Below are positions 36,006 through 44,996 of a stretch of DNA of 64,000 nt, in pieces. The DNA lies in the IMG/VR virus record IMGVR_UViG_3300022555_000023, positions 8,095 through 72,094 of that record; one strand, 5' to 3'. Source of the stretch: a virus. Its lineage: Duplodnaviria > Heunggongvirae > Uroviricota > Caudoviricetes. Every line of letters begins with the position of its first letter. The stretch's first letter is position 1. The position numbers and the translations under genes were made by a program. The notes under the pieces are model-generated. The model had not been told where the DNA came from, did not search any database, and worked only from the letters and a program-made list of their open reading frames with translations.

Positions 36006-37012
36006 ATCGTGTCATGCACCGTGCGTTTGCCGGCCTTGCGGTCGTGATACTGAGCTTCTATCCAAGCAAATGTTCGTGCCAGGCCGACGCGGAACGATGT
36101 CCGTGGCTGCCAGCCCAGGTAGTGCTGAATCATCGTGTTGTCGCTGTTGCGACCAGCCACACCCTTGGGGGCACTGAGATCGTACAGTCGCTTCAGCTTC
36201 ACGCCTCCGATTTCCTCGGCGATATCCACCAAGTCATTGACAGAGATCGACTCATTGGATCCGAGGTTGATGGGCGTCGCGATAAGATCACTGCATTGCG
36301 TAATACGGTCGATGCCGTCCAGACAGTCCTCGATCCACATGTAGCTGCGATTCTGCGTGCCGTCGCCCCATATCGTGATCTCGTGCTTGCCGGTTTCCCT
36401 GGCCTCGATCACCTTGCGGCAGATAGCTGCTGGTGCCTTCTCACGGCCACCGTCCCACGTGCCGTGCGGGCCGTAGACGTTGTGGAAGCGGGCGATGAAG
36501 GTCTTCATGCCGCGTTCGGCCCAATACTCCTGACAGAACATCTCCGAGAGGAGCTTCTCCCAGCCGTAACCACGCTCCGCCATCGCGGGGTAGGCATCAG
36601 TCTCCTTCAGTGCCAGGCACTCGGCAGTCTTCTGCAAGTTGATGTTGTAGGCACAGGCTGACGATGAGTAGAAATACTTCTGGCAACCAGCACGCCAGGC
36701 GGCTTCGATCATGTGAGTATTAATCAACACGCTTCGCAGGCACTGGATACGGAACCTCTCGATGAAGCCCATGCCACCCATATCGGCTGCCAGGTTGTAG
36801 ACTGCGGTCGCGCCCTCACATACGCGATGGCAGTTCTCCTCGATGCTCACATCAAGACTCAGGTTCTCGACGCCGTCGCTGACCTGATACCAGTCGGGCA
36901 GTGGCTTCTTATCCACAGCCCTGATGTGAACATGACCTTTCTCGTTAAGTCGTCGCACTAATGATCCGCCGATGAACCCACCGGACCCTGTAACCACAAT
37001 CACGTCGCTCAC
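36002..37012 (-). CDS. NAD-dependent sugar-nucleotide epimerase, GDP-mannose 3,5-epimerase-like
   Basis: Start moved to GTG 37012 (TAAGGAGAA SD) just before VTGSGGFIGG. NLAADMGGMGFI, YSSSACAY, YGWEKL and GTWDGGREKAPAA closely match my memory of the GDP-mannose 3,5-epimerase (GME) family. Confidence 0.8.
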   Translation of the reverse strand: MSDVIVVTGSGGFIGGSLVRRLNEKGHVHIRAVDKKPLPDWYQVSDGVENLSLDVSIEENCHRVCEGATAVYNLAADMGGMGFIERFRIQCLRSVLINTHMIEAAWRAGCQKYFYSSSACAYNINLQKTAECLALKETDAYPAMAERGYGWEKLLSEMFCQEYWAERGMKTFIARFHNVYGPHGTWDGGREKAPAAICRKVIEARETGKHEITIWGDGTQNRSYMWIEDCLDGIDRITQCSDLIATPINLGSNESISVNDLVDIAEEIGGVKLKRLYDLSAPKGVAGRNSDNTMIQHYLGWQPRTSFRVGLARTFAWIEAQYHDRKAGKRTVHDTI

Positions 37013-37025
37013 GCTTAATTTCTCC

Positions 37026-37583
37026 TTAGATTTCACCACTATCGGGTAATGTTTGAATACGTCGCCGCACCGGCCTGGGTGCGTCTTCCATCGCTGGCGT
37101 CCATAACTGGCCACCGTTGGTTTCGATCCACTGCGGAATCACAGGCGGACCTACGCTCTCCAGCCGCCATCCTATTTCACCAGGCTCGGAGGCAGGAAGG
37201 GCTACACCCACCGGCCAGCGGTCGCAGCTTTCCAGGGCCTGTAGTATTTGAACCGATAATTCACAGTTTTCGACTTCCCTGCCACCCTGATAAGATCTGC
37301 CGGGCGGATAGTACAGCACCCAGGCACGCTGGTTCGACGGGCAGGCTGCGGCGATTGCCGACTCTGGCCTGTTCGTGTGCCGCCGGCGGTCGATCCACTC
37401 CCGCATCTTCTGGTAGGCTTCACTCGATGGCAACACGCTCAGATACACGCAGTCACCTACATAATTGGCTGTTGGCATGAATACGTCGTATTCACCAACC
37501 ACCAAACCGTAGTTCTGCACTAGCATACGGGCTTCGGTTATGTCACCGTTCCGTTGCGGGCATATTATATAGTGACTCGGCAT
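37026..37583 (-). CDS. hypothetical protein, YPPG-domain paralogue with C-terminal RRRIQT tag
   Basis: ..AWVLYYPPGRSYQGGREVENCELSVQILQAL.. and ..PVRRRIQTLPDSGEI*. Confidence 0.7.
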   Translation of the reverse strand: MPSHYIICPQRNGDITEARMLVQNYGLVVGEYDVFMPTANYVGDCVYLSVLPSSEAYQKMREWIDRRRHTNRPESAIAAACPSNQRAWVLYYPPGRSYQGGREVENCELSVQILQALESCDRWPVGVALPASEPGEIGWRLESVGPPVIPQWIETNGGQLWTPAMEDAPRPVRRRIQTLPDSGEI

Positions 37584-38210
37584 TTACTTCACGCCAGAAA
37601 ATACCCACGCCGACAGCCTCTGGTACGTTCCGCCGAACATATTAACGACGTGTCGAATGCCCTTCATCACCACCTCGCTGGCAAACGTCCACACGAAGCT
37701 CCAGGGCCACAGGGTCACCCAGGCCACGAGCCTCTTGCGGTTCGGAGCGAACGACGGCGGCTGAATGTGCGGTGGCTTGTCCTCCGACCACTTCATGCCG
37801 TAGTTATTAATGAACCGATAGGATCCGTTCTTGACCCAACCGTCCTCGGTGTTGGGGTTATCAACGTAGTGATCGTTGACGTAGTTACGTGACACGCCGT
37901 TCAGATACGCAGCGTGTGCAGCGTTATATTCCTTCAGCACCCGCTTCAGGAATATGATCCATCGGGGAAAGCTCCAGAGCATTCCAAGAACCACCCAGGC
38001 AATCGGATAAAGCACAAAGTGCCAGGGATGCTCCAGCATCAGCGGCCACAGATTGCCGAATAACAGCCAGGCCAACAGGAATGCGACCACACCGAATACG
38101 GTCCAGCCGGGAGCATCATCGTTCTCGGCACAGAAAAAGAACATGGCGGTTGCCACCACCAGCAGCAAGTAGAATGCTAGGCTGCCGAGGACAAAGATCG
38201 AGGTAAACAT
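37584..38210 (-). CDS. multi-pass membrane protein
   Basis: Trimmed to ATG 38210 (AAGGAGA SD). Several hydrophobic helices. Confidence 0.65.
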   Translation of the reverse strand: MFTSIFVLGSLAFYLLLVVATAMFFFCAENDDAPGWTVFGVVAFLLAWLLFGNLWPLMLEHPWHFVLYPIAWVVLGMLWSFPRWIIFLKRVLKEYNAAHAAYLNGVSRNYVNDHYVDNPNTEDGWVKNGSYRFINNYGMKWSEDKPPHIQPPSFAPNRKRLVAWVTLWPWSFVWTFASEVVMKGIRHVVNMFGGTYQRLSAWVFSGVK

Positions 38211-38226
38211 GACGTGTCTCCTTGTG

Positions 38227-38412
38227 TTAAGATTCTTCCTCGCCTTCGGTTTTGTCCGATAGGCTTTCCATCCAGCGTGCGATACCGTCTCGCTCACCAG
38301 CATCATCAGTGTAACGCATCGCCAGCCGCAGGGTCACCAGGGCGTCGGCGTAATGCCCACCCTCCTGCTGCTGCGATGCTTGTCTCAGAAGGTCATCGTA
38401 TCGCGGGCTCAT
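38227..38412 (-). CDS. small hypothetical protein
   Basis: 61-aa ORF. Confidence 0.5.
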   Translation of the reverse strand: MSPRYDDLLRQASQQQEGGHYADALVTLRLAMRYTDDAGERDGIARWMESLSDKTEGEEES

Positions 38413-38681
38413 GCTTCGTACTTCGCCTCGGCGACGCGGGCCTTGGCCTCCATCTCCCTCGCGGCAGAGGTGTACTTCGTCATCTCTACGCTGTCACCGT
38501 CTGCATCCAGGTGCGACGGGGGCCATCCGTGCTTGCGAACGGAAAGCATCATGCGGTTCCAGCACTTGAGTAACGTATTACAAACGGCGGTGATAACACC
38601 AGCAAACAGGGCCAATATCATGAACGTCCCGCAAAACGACCAGAAGCCAGCGGTGCCATGTTCCAAGATGTTCTCGATCAT
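38409..38681 (-). CDS. membrane protein
   Basis: Trimmed to MIENILEHG.. FWSFCGTFMILALFAGVITAV transmembrane helix. Confidence 0.5.
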   Translation of the reverse strand: MIENILEHGTAGFWSFCGTFMILALFAGVITAVCNTLLKCWNRMMLSVRKHGWPPSHLDADGDSVEMTKYTSAAREMEAKARVAEAKYEA

Positions 38682-38683
38682 AT

Positions 38684-38881
38684 TTATTGTCCTGCCAAGT
38701 ACAGCCCCAGGCGTATCGACGTCAGAATTACGGCGGATAGCACGCAGAGCACTACTGCACCTAACACGCACGCATGACGACAGTCACAATCAGGATGACG
38801 TTTGATCTGCACCAGGGCATAGATACTCAGTATCAAGGCTAAGGTCACAGACGAGAGAACGGCGACGCATACGATTATCAT
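38684..38881 (-). CDS. small two-helix membrane protein
   Basis: Trimmed to MIIVCVAVLSSVTLALIL (GAGG SD). Confidence 0.5.
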   Translation of the reverse strand: MIIVCVAVLSSVTLALILSIYALVQIKRHPDCDCRHACVLGAVVLCVLSAVILTSIRLGLYLAGQ

Positions 38882-38889
38882 ATTATACC

Positions 38890-39108
38890 TCACCAGCTTC
38901 TCTGGCGACATTCGGTCACCAGCCTCTGCCAACATGCATCACAGTGTACACCAGCAACCAGTCCGTTGTCGATACGCCACTGACCGGGCCTACCACAAGA
39001 ACATAACCGTTCCTTCTTCAATTTGGCCTTTCGCTTCTTCATCATACGACGGTAGTCTCTCCACGTCCGCCGGCGTTCGCTGCCGTTCATGTATCGTCGA
39101 GGGTTCAT
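38890..39108 (-). CDS. basic Cys4 protein
   Basis: CSCG..CDAC, Arg/Lys-rich N-terminus. Confidence 0.5.
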   Translation of the reverse strand: MNPRRYMNGSERRRTWRDYRRMMKKRKAKLKKERLCSCGRPGQWRIDNGLVAGVHCDACWQRLVTECRQRSW

Positions 39109-39137
39109 GGGGGATATGAGGCAGTTGTGTTGTCGCC

Positions 39138-40289
39138 TTACGTGGCATCTGGACCCCGCCGTGCATAAGCATCCCAGCCAAGGGCCGTAACGTCCTCATG
39201 CGAGGCTTCCGATATCATCACCAGAGCGTCGATCAGCTTCAAGTCTCGCAAAGCGGCCAGATGCTGCTTGATGCCGTCCAGTAGGGTAACGCAGCCCTCG
39301 CTTTGCAGATGCTCTAGAAACAGACTGCGAATCTCCTGCCGTTCACGATGATACACTTCATTCATGCGTTCCACCTCGGTGATACTGAGGTGAACCTCCT
39401 GCATGAGATCGTCCACCATAATCTCGATGTTCGGATCCTTGTCCTGGAGCTTGCGGCAGTTCCGCCACCAGAACACGGCGTTCTCCCGCAGCTTCTTCGC
39501 CTCGCCATCCAGCTTCTGACGTTCCTGCATAAACACCATGAGGTTGTGGAACTCGATAGACCAACCGTGCTGACCTTCCTGGAGATCGATCTCGTCACCT
39601 CGCAGGCCGTGGGCGATAGCCTGGAATTTAGCCCGCACTGCTTCGTATTCTACTCGTGTAGCGTTGTAATCTGTCTCCAGTGCCGCCATCTTCCGCGTAA
39701 TCTCGTGGCACTTCTTTTCCCAAGTGTCACGACTGAGTTTCAGGCCGTGAACCATCGTCAGCACGCGACCCAGCGTCGGGTTGCCTGGTTTGCTGGCAAC
39801 GTACTGGTCGCAAATCTTGTCGATGCTGTTCAGCACACCCAGGGCTGCATGCAGCTTCTTGAACAGGACGTCGGAGCAGGAATGCCCACCGTGCGTGCCT
39901 GTGGGCCACGCGTAGCCGCACGTGCAGCATACGCTAGTCTTCGGGTCGCGTACCGGCTGCATGAACGCAGGCTGCTGCTTCTCCTCCAGGCCGATAGCTC
40001 GACGAATGATACGGTTCAAAGCCTCCAGAGGTTTCACGCGGGCTTCCGGTTCCAGGTTGAGCAGGGAGGCACAGATCACCTTCTCGTCCATGCACTCGTG
40101 GCACTCGCAGGGCCTGCCCGTAGGCTCGCCACGCACCGTAGCCTGCATGCCGTGGCAGCGATGCTCCCAGCCGTCCCGCACGTTACAGCCGTCGCAGATG
40201 TTCGGCGGCAGGTCGATGTGGGCTACCGTGCAGCCCTCGGCCTGTAACTCAGCGGTCGTCTTCTCTGGTTCATCGATCAGGTCGGCCAC
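39138..40289 (-). CDS. hypothetical protein (N-terminal Cys/His cluster, helical C-terminus)
   Basis: 383-aa ORF. Confidence 0.7.
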   Translation of the reverse strand: MADLIDEPEKTTAELQAEGCTVAHIDLPPNICDGCNVRDGWEHRCHGMQATVRGEPTGRPCECHECMDEKVICASLLNLEPEARVKPLEALNRIIRRAIGLEEKQQPAFMQPVRDPKTSVCCTCGYAWPTGTHGGHSCSDVLFKKLHAALGVLNSIDKICDQYVASKPGNPTLGRVLTMVHGLKLSRDTWEKKCHEITRKMAALETDYNATRVEYEAVRAKFQAIAHGLRGDEIDLQEGQHGWSIEFHNLMVFMQERQKLDGEAKKLRENAVFWWRNCRKLQDKDPNIEIMVDDLMQEVHLSITEVERMNEVYHRERQEIRSLFLEHLQSEGCVTLLDGIKQHLAALRDLKLIDALVMISEASHEDVTALGWDAYARRGPDAT

Positions 40290-40710
40290 GGTCCTGCCGC
40301 AGTGCGAGCATCCGCCGGTGCAGACAGCCGTGCGGGGTCATCGGCCCGTGACAGGTTGGGCATGTATTCATAGCAGTCTCCTTTACAAGATTCGGGTAGG
40401 GCATACGGGCCAGCAGCTTGTCGGCCTCCTCGGGCGTGACGCTGACCGGAAGATCGTAATCTTCGGTGTTGGCCAGGATGCCGTCCGCACAGAAGTCAAG
40501 GGTGATGTCGCTGTGCCGCACCGCCTCTTCGACCACGCGGATGGCGTCGGCCCGCGTGAAGCACAGGGCGAACTCCTGCGAGTCATAAGCCTTGATGATC
40601 GTATCGACGGCGAGGCAGTGATCCGAAGCGCACTGGAGAACGCCAGTGCGGTTGCGTGCCCGCAGGAACTCGATGGCCTGCTGCAACGATGACTTGACGG
40701 TATCGCTCAT
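40270..40710 (-). CDS. hypothetical protein
   Basis: 146-aa ORF. Confidence 0.6.
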   Translation of the reverse strand: MSDTVKSSLQQAIEFLRARNRTGVLQCASDHCLAVDTIIKAYDSQEFALCFTRADAIRVVEEAVRHSDITLDFCADGILANTEDYDLPVSVTPEEADKLLARMPYPNLVKETAMNTCPTCHGPMTPHGCLHRRMLALRQDRGRPDR

Positions 40711-41354
40711 GATTTATCCTTGGGAAGTAGTTTGAACTCTTCGGGCTTGTAACCACCGCGGGTGCCATCGTCGAAACGGATGGTGTACAACAAACCGATC
40801 ATCTCGTTGAACCCCACGATCTCGCCAGGTACGCCCCACTTACGTTCGCCGAGAAGATCGGCAAACAACTGATTCTCGGTCTCGGTGCGAACGGTACGCG
40901 ACCTCGTCGTCACGACTCGCGTGCCCAGCGGTATCGGGGGCCACATCACCTCAACATCGCTGGCGTCCTCCAGCGTCTCCAGTTCGGCCCGTTCGTATTC
41001 ATAGCTGGAACGATCTCGCAGGATGTGCCAGGCCAGCCAGCCGTTGTTGGTGTCGATGGCCCGCTTGATGCGGTTGTAATCATCGGTCTCCTGCTGCCAG
41101 GCGTTCAGCGACCGCCGGTACTGCTTGAACGTCTCCTTCGCCGCAGCCTGCATGGACGCTGGCATCTTCTCGATGTCGGCCTCCGCGAAGTCGGGCTTCG
41201 TGGGAGCGACGCCAGGGGCGTAGTACCAGCCGCCCTCATCGAAACGGGCCTTCAGGACTGACAGTGCAGCCTGGGCCAGCAGTTTGTCGGTCGATGCGTC
41301 GAAGTGGCGGGTGCCGTGCTTTTCTTCCAGAACGAGAATGCGTTTCATGATCAT
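40707..41354 (-). CDS. hypothetical protein
   Basis: 215-aa ORF, 4-nt overlaps. Confidence 0.65.
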   Translation of the reverse strand: MIMKRILVLEEKHGTRHFDASTDKLLAQAALSVLKARFDEGGWYYAPGVAPTKPDFAEADIEKMPASMQAAAKETFKQYRRSLNAWQQETDDYNRIKRAIDTNNGWLAWHILRDRSSYEYERAELETLEDASDVEVMWPPIPLGTRVVTTRSRTVRTETENQLFADLLGERKWGVPGEIVGFNEMIGLLYTIRFDDGTRGGYKPEEFKLLPKDKS

Positions 41355-42040
41355 CCACGGGGTTCGTCGCCGGGAACGACAGCTTCGCCCAGCGGCATGG
41401 GTCGGTTCTCAGGGTATTCGGGATACGTCTTGGGATGGGCGGCGTGCCATGCAACAGCAGCCTCCTGATTCTTGCGATCCTCGTCGTCGCGGGCCTGTGT
41501 AATACGCTTGTGGGCCTCGATCAGTTCCAGGCGGGCCTCCTCCTTCTTCGCCTCTTCATCCAGGTCGGGGGCGATCTCCACAACCGCCTCGGTATCCGGG
41601 TCGGTTGCCGGCAGTTCGGTCTGATCGTCGCCGCTGCTGTGGCTATGCTCCATCTCGGCGGGCATATCACCGAACGTCTCGCCCAGGTAGCGGAAGACGT
41701 AGTCGAGGATGCTCTTGGCATACCGCACGCACGTCTCGCCCTTGGTGTAACCCATAGGCTCAAACTTCGTGTGGCTGAACTTCTCCACGAGCTTGTACAG
41801 CGGCCACCCGCTTTGCAGGCAGAAGCTGGTCAGGGTGGCGATGCCGTCGAGCAGGCCGTCGATGGTGCTGCCCTCCTTCCGCGTCGTCAGGAAGATCTCG
41901 CACAGCCTGCCGTCAGGAAAGGTGTTCGAGATGATGAAGAATTCGACCGGATCGGGCGACGTGCCGTCATCGGACATGGCGAGGATGGTGGCCTTGTGCG
42001 TCAGGCCAAATCGGGTCTCGGTTGGTTTTTCACGGTTCAT
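41351..42040 (-). CDS. TSCPD-domain-like protein
   Basis: Trimmed to ATG 42040 (AAGGAGA SD). GRLCEIFLTTRKEGSTIDGLLDGIATLTSFCLQSGWP..AKSILDYVFRYL resembles the ribonucleotide-reductase-associated TSCPD domain. Confidence 0.5.
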   Translation of the reverse strand: MNREKPTETRFGLTHKATILAMSDDGTSPDPVEFFIISNTFPDGRLCEIFLTTRKEGSTIDGLLDGIATLTSFCLQSGWPLYKLVEKFSHTKFEPMGYTKGETCVRYAKSILDYVFRYLGETFGDMPAEMEHSHSSGDDQTELPATDPDTEAVVEIAPDLDEEAKKEEARLELIEAHKRITQARDDEDRKNQEAAVAWHAAHPKTYPEYPENRPMPLGEAVVPGDEPRG

Positions 42041-42189
42041 ATCGGTCTCCTTGATAAGGGCGGAACGGGCGAGCGACGCCTCCGAATCACAGAGAGTCAC
42101 TAGGCCCGAAGGCCACGCCATTCTAAGGGATGCCGTGCGTAGCGATCCCAACCATCCCTGCGTCGTAACGCCGCCCGCACCATGCATCA

Positions 42190-42197
42190 CCAGACAC
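42190..42197 (-). promoter_or_regulatory. GTGTCTGG junction motif
   Basis: 3 nt after the stop of 42201..42686. Confidence 0.5.
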
Positions 42198-42200
42198 GAA

Positions 42201-42686
42201 CTACATACCGGAAAACACAATAATCCAGTCGTGCAATGAACTGCCTGACGATACGTTAGCTACATAAACTTGCTGGCTTTTTAGCCCGAGGGCATTCACA
42301 TACAGCTCCTTGACCACCCAGTGTTCATCCTGCCACGCCAACTGAACTGTAATTGGTGATTTAAGGCTTGCCGCACGAGCATCGTCTTTCCATTCGGATG
42401 ACGGTATAGAGTACTCGTCGCGGAACGTAACCGTCGCCGTGTACGGCGTTATCATCGAATCCGTCTTCTTGACATCATAATGCAAGTCATGAGCAGTCGC
42501 ACCACGCGGCGTGCCGCGTGCCACGCGAGCCAGAATATCCTTCATGGCCGAGACTGGATCGGGTTTGACCGGAACGGAAACCAGGACAGGATCAGCAGAC
42601 TGTTTGGCGTTGGGTGTCGACGTTACGGATGTCTCGAACGAGCATCCGGCAACGATCAACAAAAGTACGAGACTCGCAAACTTCAT
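42201..42686 (-). CDS. lipoprotein
   Basis: Trimmed to MKFASLVLLLIVAGCS lipobox. Confidence 0.7.
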   Translation of the reverse strand: MKFASLVLLLIVAGCSFETSVTSTPNAKQSADPVLVSVPVKPDPVSAMKDILARVARGTPRGATAHDLHYDVKKTDSMITPYTATVTFRDEYSIPSSEWKDDARAASLKSPITVQLAWQDEHWVVKELYVNALGLKSQQVYVANVSSGSSLHDWIIVFSGM

Positions 42687-42732
42687 GATACTACCTTTCG
42701 AGTTAGTGGAGATGTAAACCTGCATCACGTCA

Positions 42733-42740
42733 CCAGACAC
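42733..42740 (-). promoter_or_regulatory. GTGTCTGG junction motif
   Basis: Abuts stop TAG of 42740..43669, 46 nt upstream of ATG 42686. Confidence 0.5.
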
Positions 42741-43669
42741 TACTCAAGCGGTGCATTTCCGATATCATATCTCCCGTCACCGGCTCGCGTCAGGGTGCGG
42801 TACTGAAACGGCATTACGCCAGCGTTGGGCGGGGATTGGCTATCGGGTACGATATCGAACGATGGATGATATACAATGAACGCAAACGCCGCACGATGCG
42901 GCTCGTGGTGAACGCTGCGTATGACAGCCCCGTGCGGCAATTCGGGGTCGATGCCGACCACGATGTAGTCGGGATCCTCGCGGTAGAAGGCGATCAGCAG
43001 TTCTCGCTCGCGGATGTAGTATATCATCTCGCGGCGTTCCCGGTTGGGGGCATGGGACATGTCCATGACTCGCCCGCGGGCCACGCCACGCAAATCTTCA
43101 CCGATGGCGGGGCATCGCGGTTGGGCCTCGCAGATGACTCCCGATTGACCGTTTCCCATGTGGAACGCTAGGTTCTCGGGGCCACCCAGCGGTAACGGGG
43201 CTGCCCGCCCGCCTGAACGCGGCACGTTGCTCACGTTGGGCCTTGCGGAAGATACGCGGCCCGTTTCCGTACTATGCCACTGAAGCCGCCTGTCGAGGTT
43301 TACGGCCTCGTCAAAGGCTACGCCGCTGATCTCCTGTCCGCGAAGCGGTACGTTATCCGGTGGAACCCACAGCCCGGCGATACCGGCACGCTGCCCTGGC
43401 GGGTAGGCCACCTCCATGTTCAGCACCACCTGACCGTTACACACATAAGCTGTACAGTTCCTAACCGTCGCCGGCTCACCGTTGATGTTGATGAATCGGT
43501 TCATCAAGTCGACGTTGATGTTGCCCGGGTCAGGGCTCGCGATCCTCATACCGAATTGACCGGCACGCATCGGTTCGGGGCGTAGGGACGGCGGAACGGG
43601 TGGCGGACCACCTGTGTTCATACGTCGTCGAACTACAGGCGGTGTCTGGATGCGTCTACGTTCGGGCAT
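42740..43669 (-). CDS. hypothetical protein with doubled N-terminal tag
   Basis: MPERRRIQTPPVVRRRMNTGGPP.. after TAGGAGCA SD. Confidence 0.7.
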   Translation of the reverse strand: MPERRRIQTPPVVRRRMNTGGPPPVPPSLRPEPMRAGQFGMRIASPDPGNINVDLMNRFININGEPATVRNCTAYVCNGQVVLNMEVAYPPGQRAGIAGLWVPPDNVPLRGQEISGVAFDEAVNLDRRLQWHSTETGRVSSARPNVSNVPRSGGRAAPLPLGGPENLAFHMGNGQSGVICEAQPRCPAIGEDLRGVARGRVMDMSHAPNRERREMIYYIRERELLIAFYREDPDYIVVGIDPELPHGAVIRSVHHEPHRAAFAFIVYHPSFDIVPDSQSPPNAGVMPFQYRTLTRAGDGRYDIGNAPLE

Positions 43670-43697
43670 GACTTGCTCCTATACGACGTCTAGACAC
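43642..43697 (-). promoter_or_regulatory. imperfect inverted repeat bracketing SD and ATG of 42740..43669
   Basis: Minus strand: GTGTCTAGACGTCG..TAGGAG..ATG..GACGCATCCAGACAC. Outer 6-8 bp plus an inner CGUC/GACG pairing are possible. Confidence 0.4.
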
Positions 43698-44519
43698 GAA
43701 GATTCGCTTTACTTCGTCCACATCGGTGCGGAGCGTAACCAGTTGCCGCATGATTGCCAGTCCATCATCGCGGAACTTCAGCAGGGCGGCCCTGCGGGAC
43801 GCGCTGACCTTAACTGAATCGATGTTATCGTAAATAGCGTCGATGCTGCCCCACTGCCGAATAGCCTCGCTGGCCGTCTTCTCGCCCCATCCCGGACAAC
43901 CAGGCACACCGTCTCCAGAATCACCAGCGAGGGTCTGATAATCAATCCACTGACGCGGCGTCAGGCCCTTCTGATCGAGAAGAAGCTGCGGCGTCATCCA
44001 CTCAATGTTTGTGATACCCGATCCCAACAGGTGGAACTTCTTGATGATCGTTACGCGGTCGGCAACCAAGCACTGGTTGAGGTCTTTGTCGGGCGACGCG
44101 AGCACGGCATCACTGCCCACGGCGACCGCCCTGGCGGCTAAGGCAGCTAGGCAATCATCCGCTTCAAAACCGTTTACCTGAACCACCACGGCCCAGTCCT
44201 TCAGCACGCCCAGAGCATTCTCCAGTACGAAGTGCAGGTTCTCGTCGTGCGGGCGTTCGCCCCGTTTGGCCTTATAGGGCGGATAGAGATCATGCCGGAA
44301 GCTCCTGCGGTCGAGGCACACCACCACCAGCTTCGGCTGTAGGTTCCGCGTCAGGGCGTCGATGCGGCGCACCACAGTCTCCAGCACATCGTGCCCGTTG
44401 TTGGCATGGTAGATAGTGTGCAGCCAGTTCGTACCGTCGATGCCGAGATAGACTTGACGGCTGGCCCGTGTGGTAGCGACATCGAACAATGATCGATCCG
44501 GGCGGCGGATTGCCATCAT
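43656..44519 (-). CDS. 5'-3' exonuclease / flap endonuclease (Pol I N-terminal domain family)
   Basis: IDGTNWLH, YKAKRGERP, GFEADDCLAALA and a helix-3-turn-helix segment LAGDSGDGVPGCPGWGEKTA. C-terminus ..SRRRIGASHART*. Confidence 0.85.
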   Translation of the reverse strand: MMAIRRPDRSLFDVATTRASRQVYLGIDGTNWLHTIYHANNGHDVLETVVRRIDALTRNLQPKLVVVCLDRRSFRHDLYPPYKAKRGERPHDENLHFVLENALGVLKDWAVVVQVNGFEADDCLAALAARAVAVGSDAVLASPDKDLNQCLVADRVTIIKKFHLLGSGITNIEWMTPQLLLDQKGLTPRQWIDYQTLAGDSGDGVPGCPGWGEKTASEAIRQWGSIDAIYDNIDSVKVSASRRAALLKFRDDGLAIMRQLVTLRTDVDEVKRIFVSRRRIGASHART

Positions 44520-44995
44520 ATCCTCACGGATACGTGAACTCCGGTCAGCAGCGACTTGGTCACTCCCGCCGGCATCTCGGAGCTTGAATATTCCTTGCGG
44601 CCCAGCGATATGCTCAGCACGGTCAGGCCGGTCCGTAGCTCGAACTCTCGCACCAGCGTGCCCACCGATTCAGCTAACGCTATTTTGGCTCGCTTGGCCT
44701 CGTCGATGTTCATGCTTTGGATTTCCGGTACTTTGACCTCGTTCATCAGGGCGCACATCTTACGGATGGCCTTCTCCTCGATCTGGCGGATGCGGGCGAC
44801 GGTGGTCTTGAAGATGTGGGCCACCTCCTGAAATGTGTAGCAGTAGCCATCGCCAAAACCGAACCGCAGCTTGAGTATCTCACGCTCGCGATAGGTGATC
44901 TTGCTGAGATGAATCACTACAGCGTCTTTGCCCAGCACGGAGATCGCCGTGCCGAACTTTTGCAGTACTTCAGATCTTGTTGGTTTTTTGGTCAT
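44516..44995 (-). CDS. sigma-70 region-4-like helix-turn-helix protein
   Basis: Trimmed to ATG 44995. REREILKLRFGFGDGYCYTFQEVAHIFKTTVARIRQIEEKAIRKM is a region 4.2 signature. I recognise no region 2. Confidence 0.65.
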   Translation of the reverse strand: MTKKPTRSEVLQKFGTAISVLGKDAVVIHLSKITYREREILKLRFGFGDGYCYTFQEVAHIFKTTVARIRQIEEKAIRKMCALMNEVKVPEIQSMNIDEAKRAKIALAESVGTLVREFELRTGLTVLSISLGRKEYSSSEMPAGVTKSLLTGVHVSVRI

Positions 44996-44996
44996 A

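Noticed and set aside
16847-37583. Recurrent C-terminal G-G-E-L*/S-G-E-I*/Q-G-E-S* endings as a second peptide motif
   Set aside because: In each case the Gly-Glu codons (GGAGAA, GGTGAA) are the Shine-Dalgarno sequence of the tightly coupled downstream gene read in frame. Nucleotide-level constraint is the simpler explanation.
39348-40247. Long plus-strand ORFs antisense to minus-strand genes (also 5936..6736, 30413..31231, 41435..42103, 47528..48514, 62632..63726)
   Set aside because: These are shadow ORFs typical of GC-rich DNA. They have no SD sites and low-complexity Leu/Val/Arg/Gly composition, and the opposite strand carries recognisable protein families.
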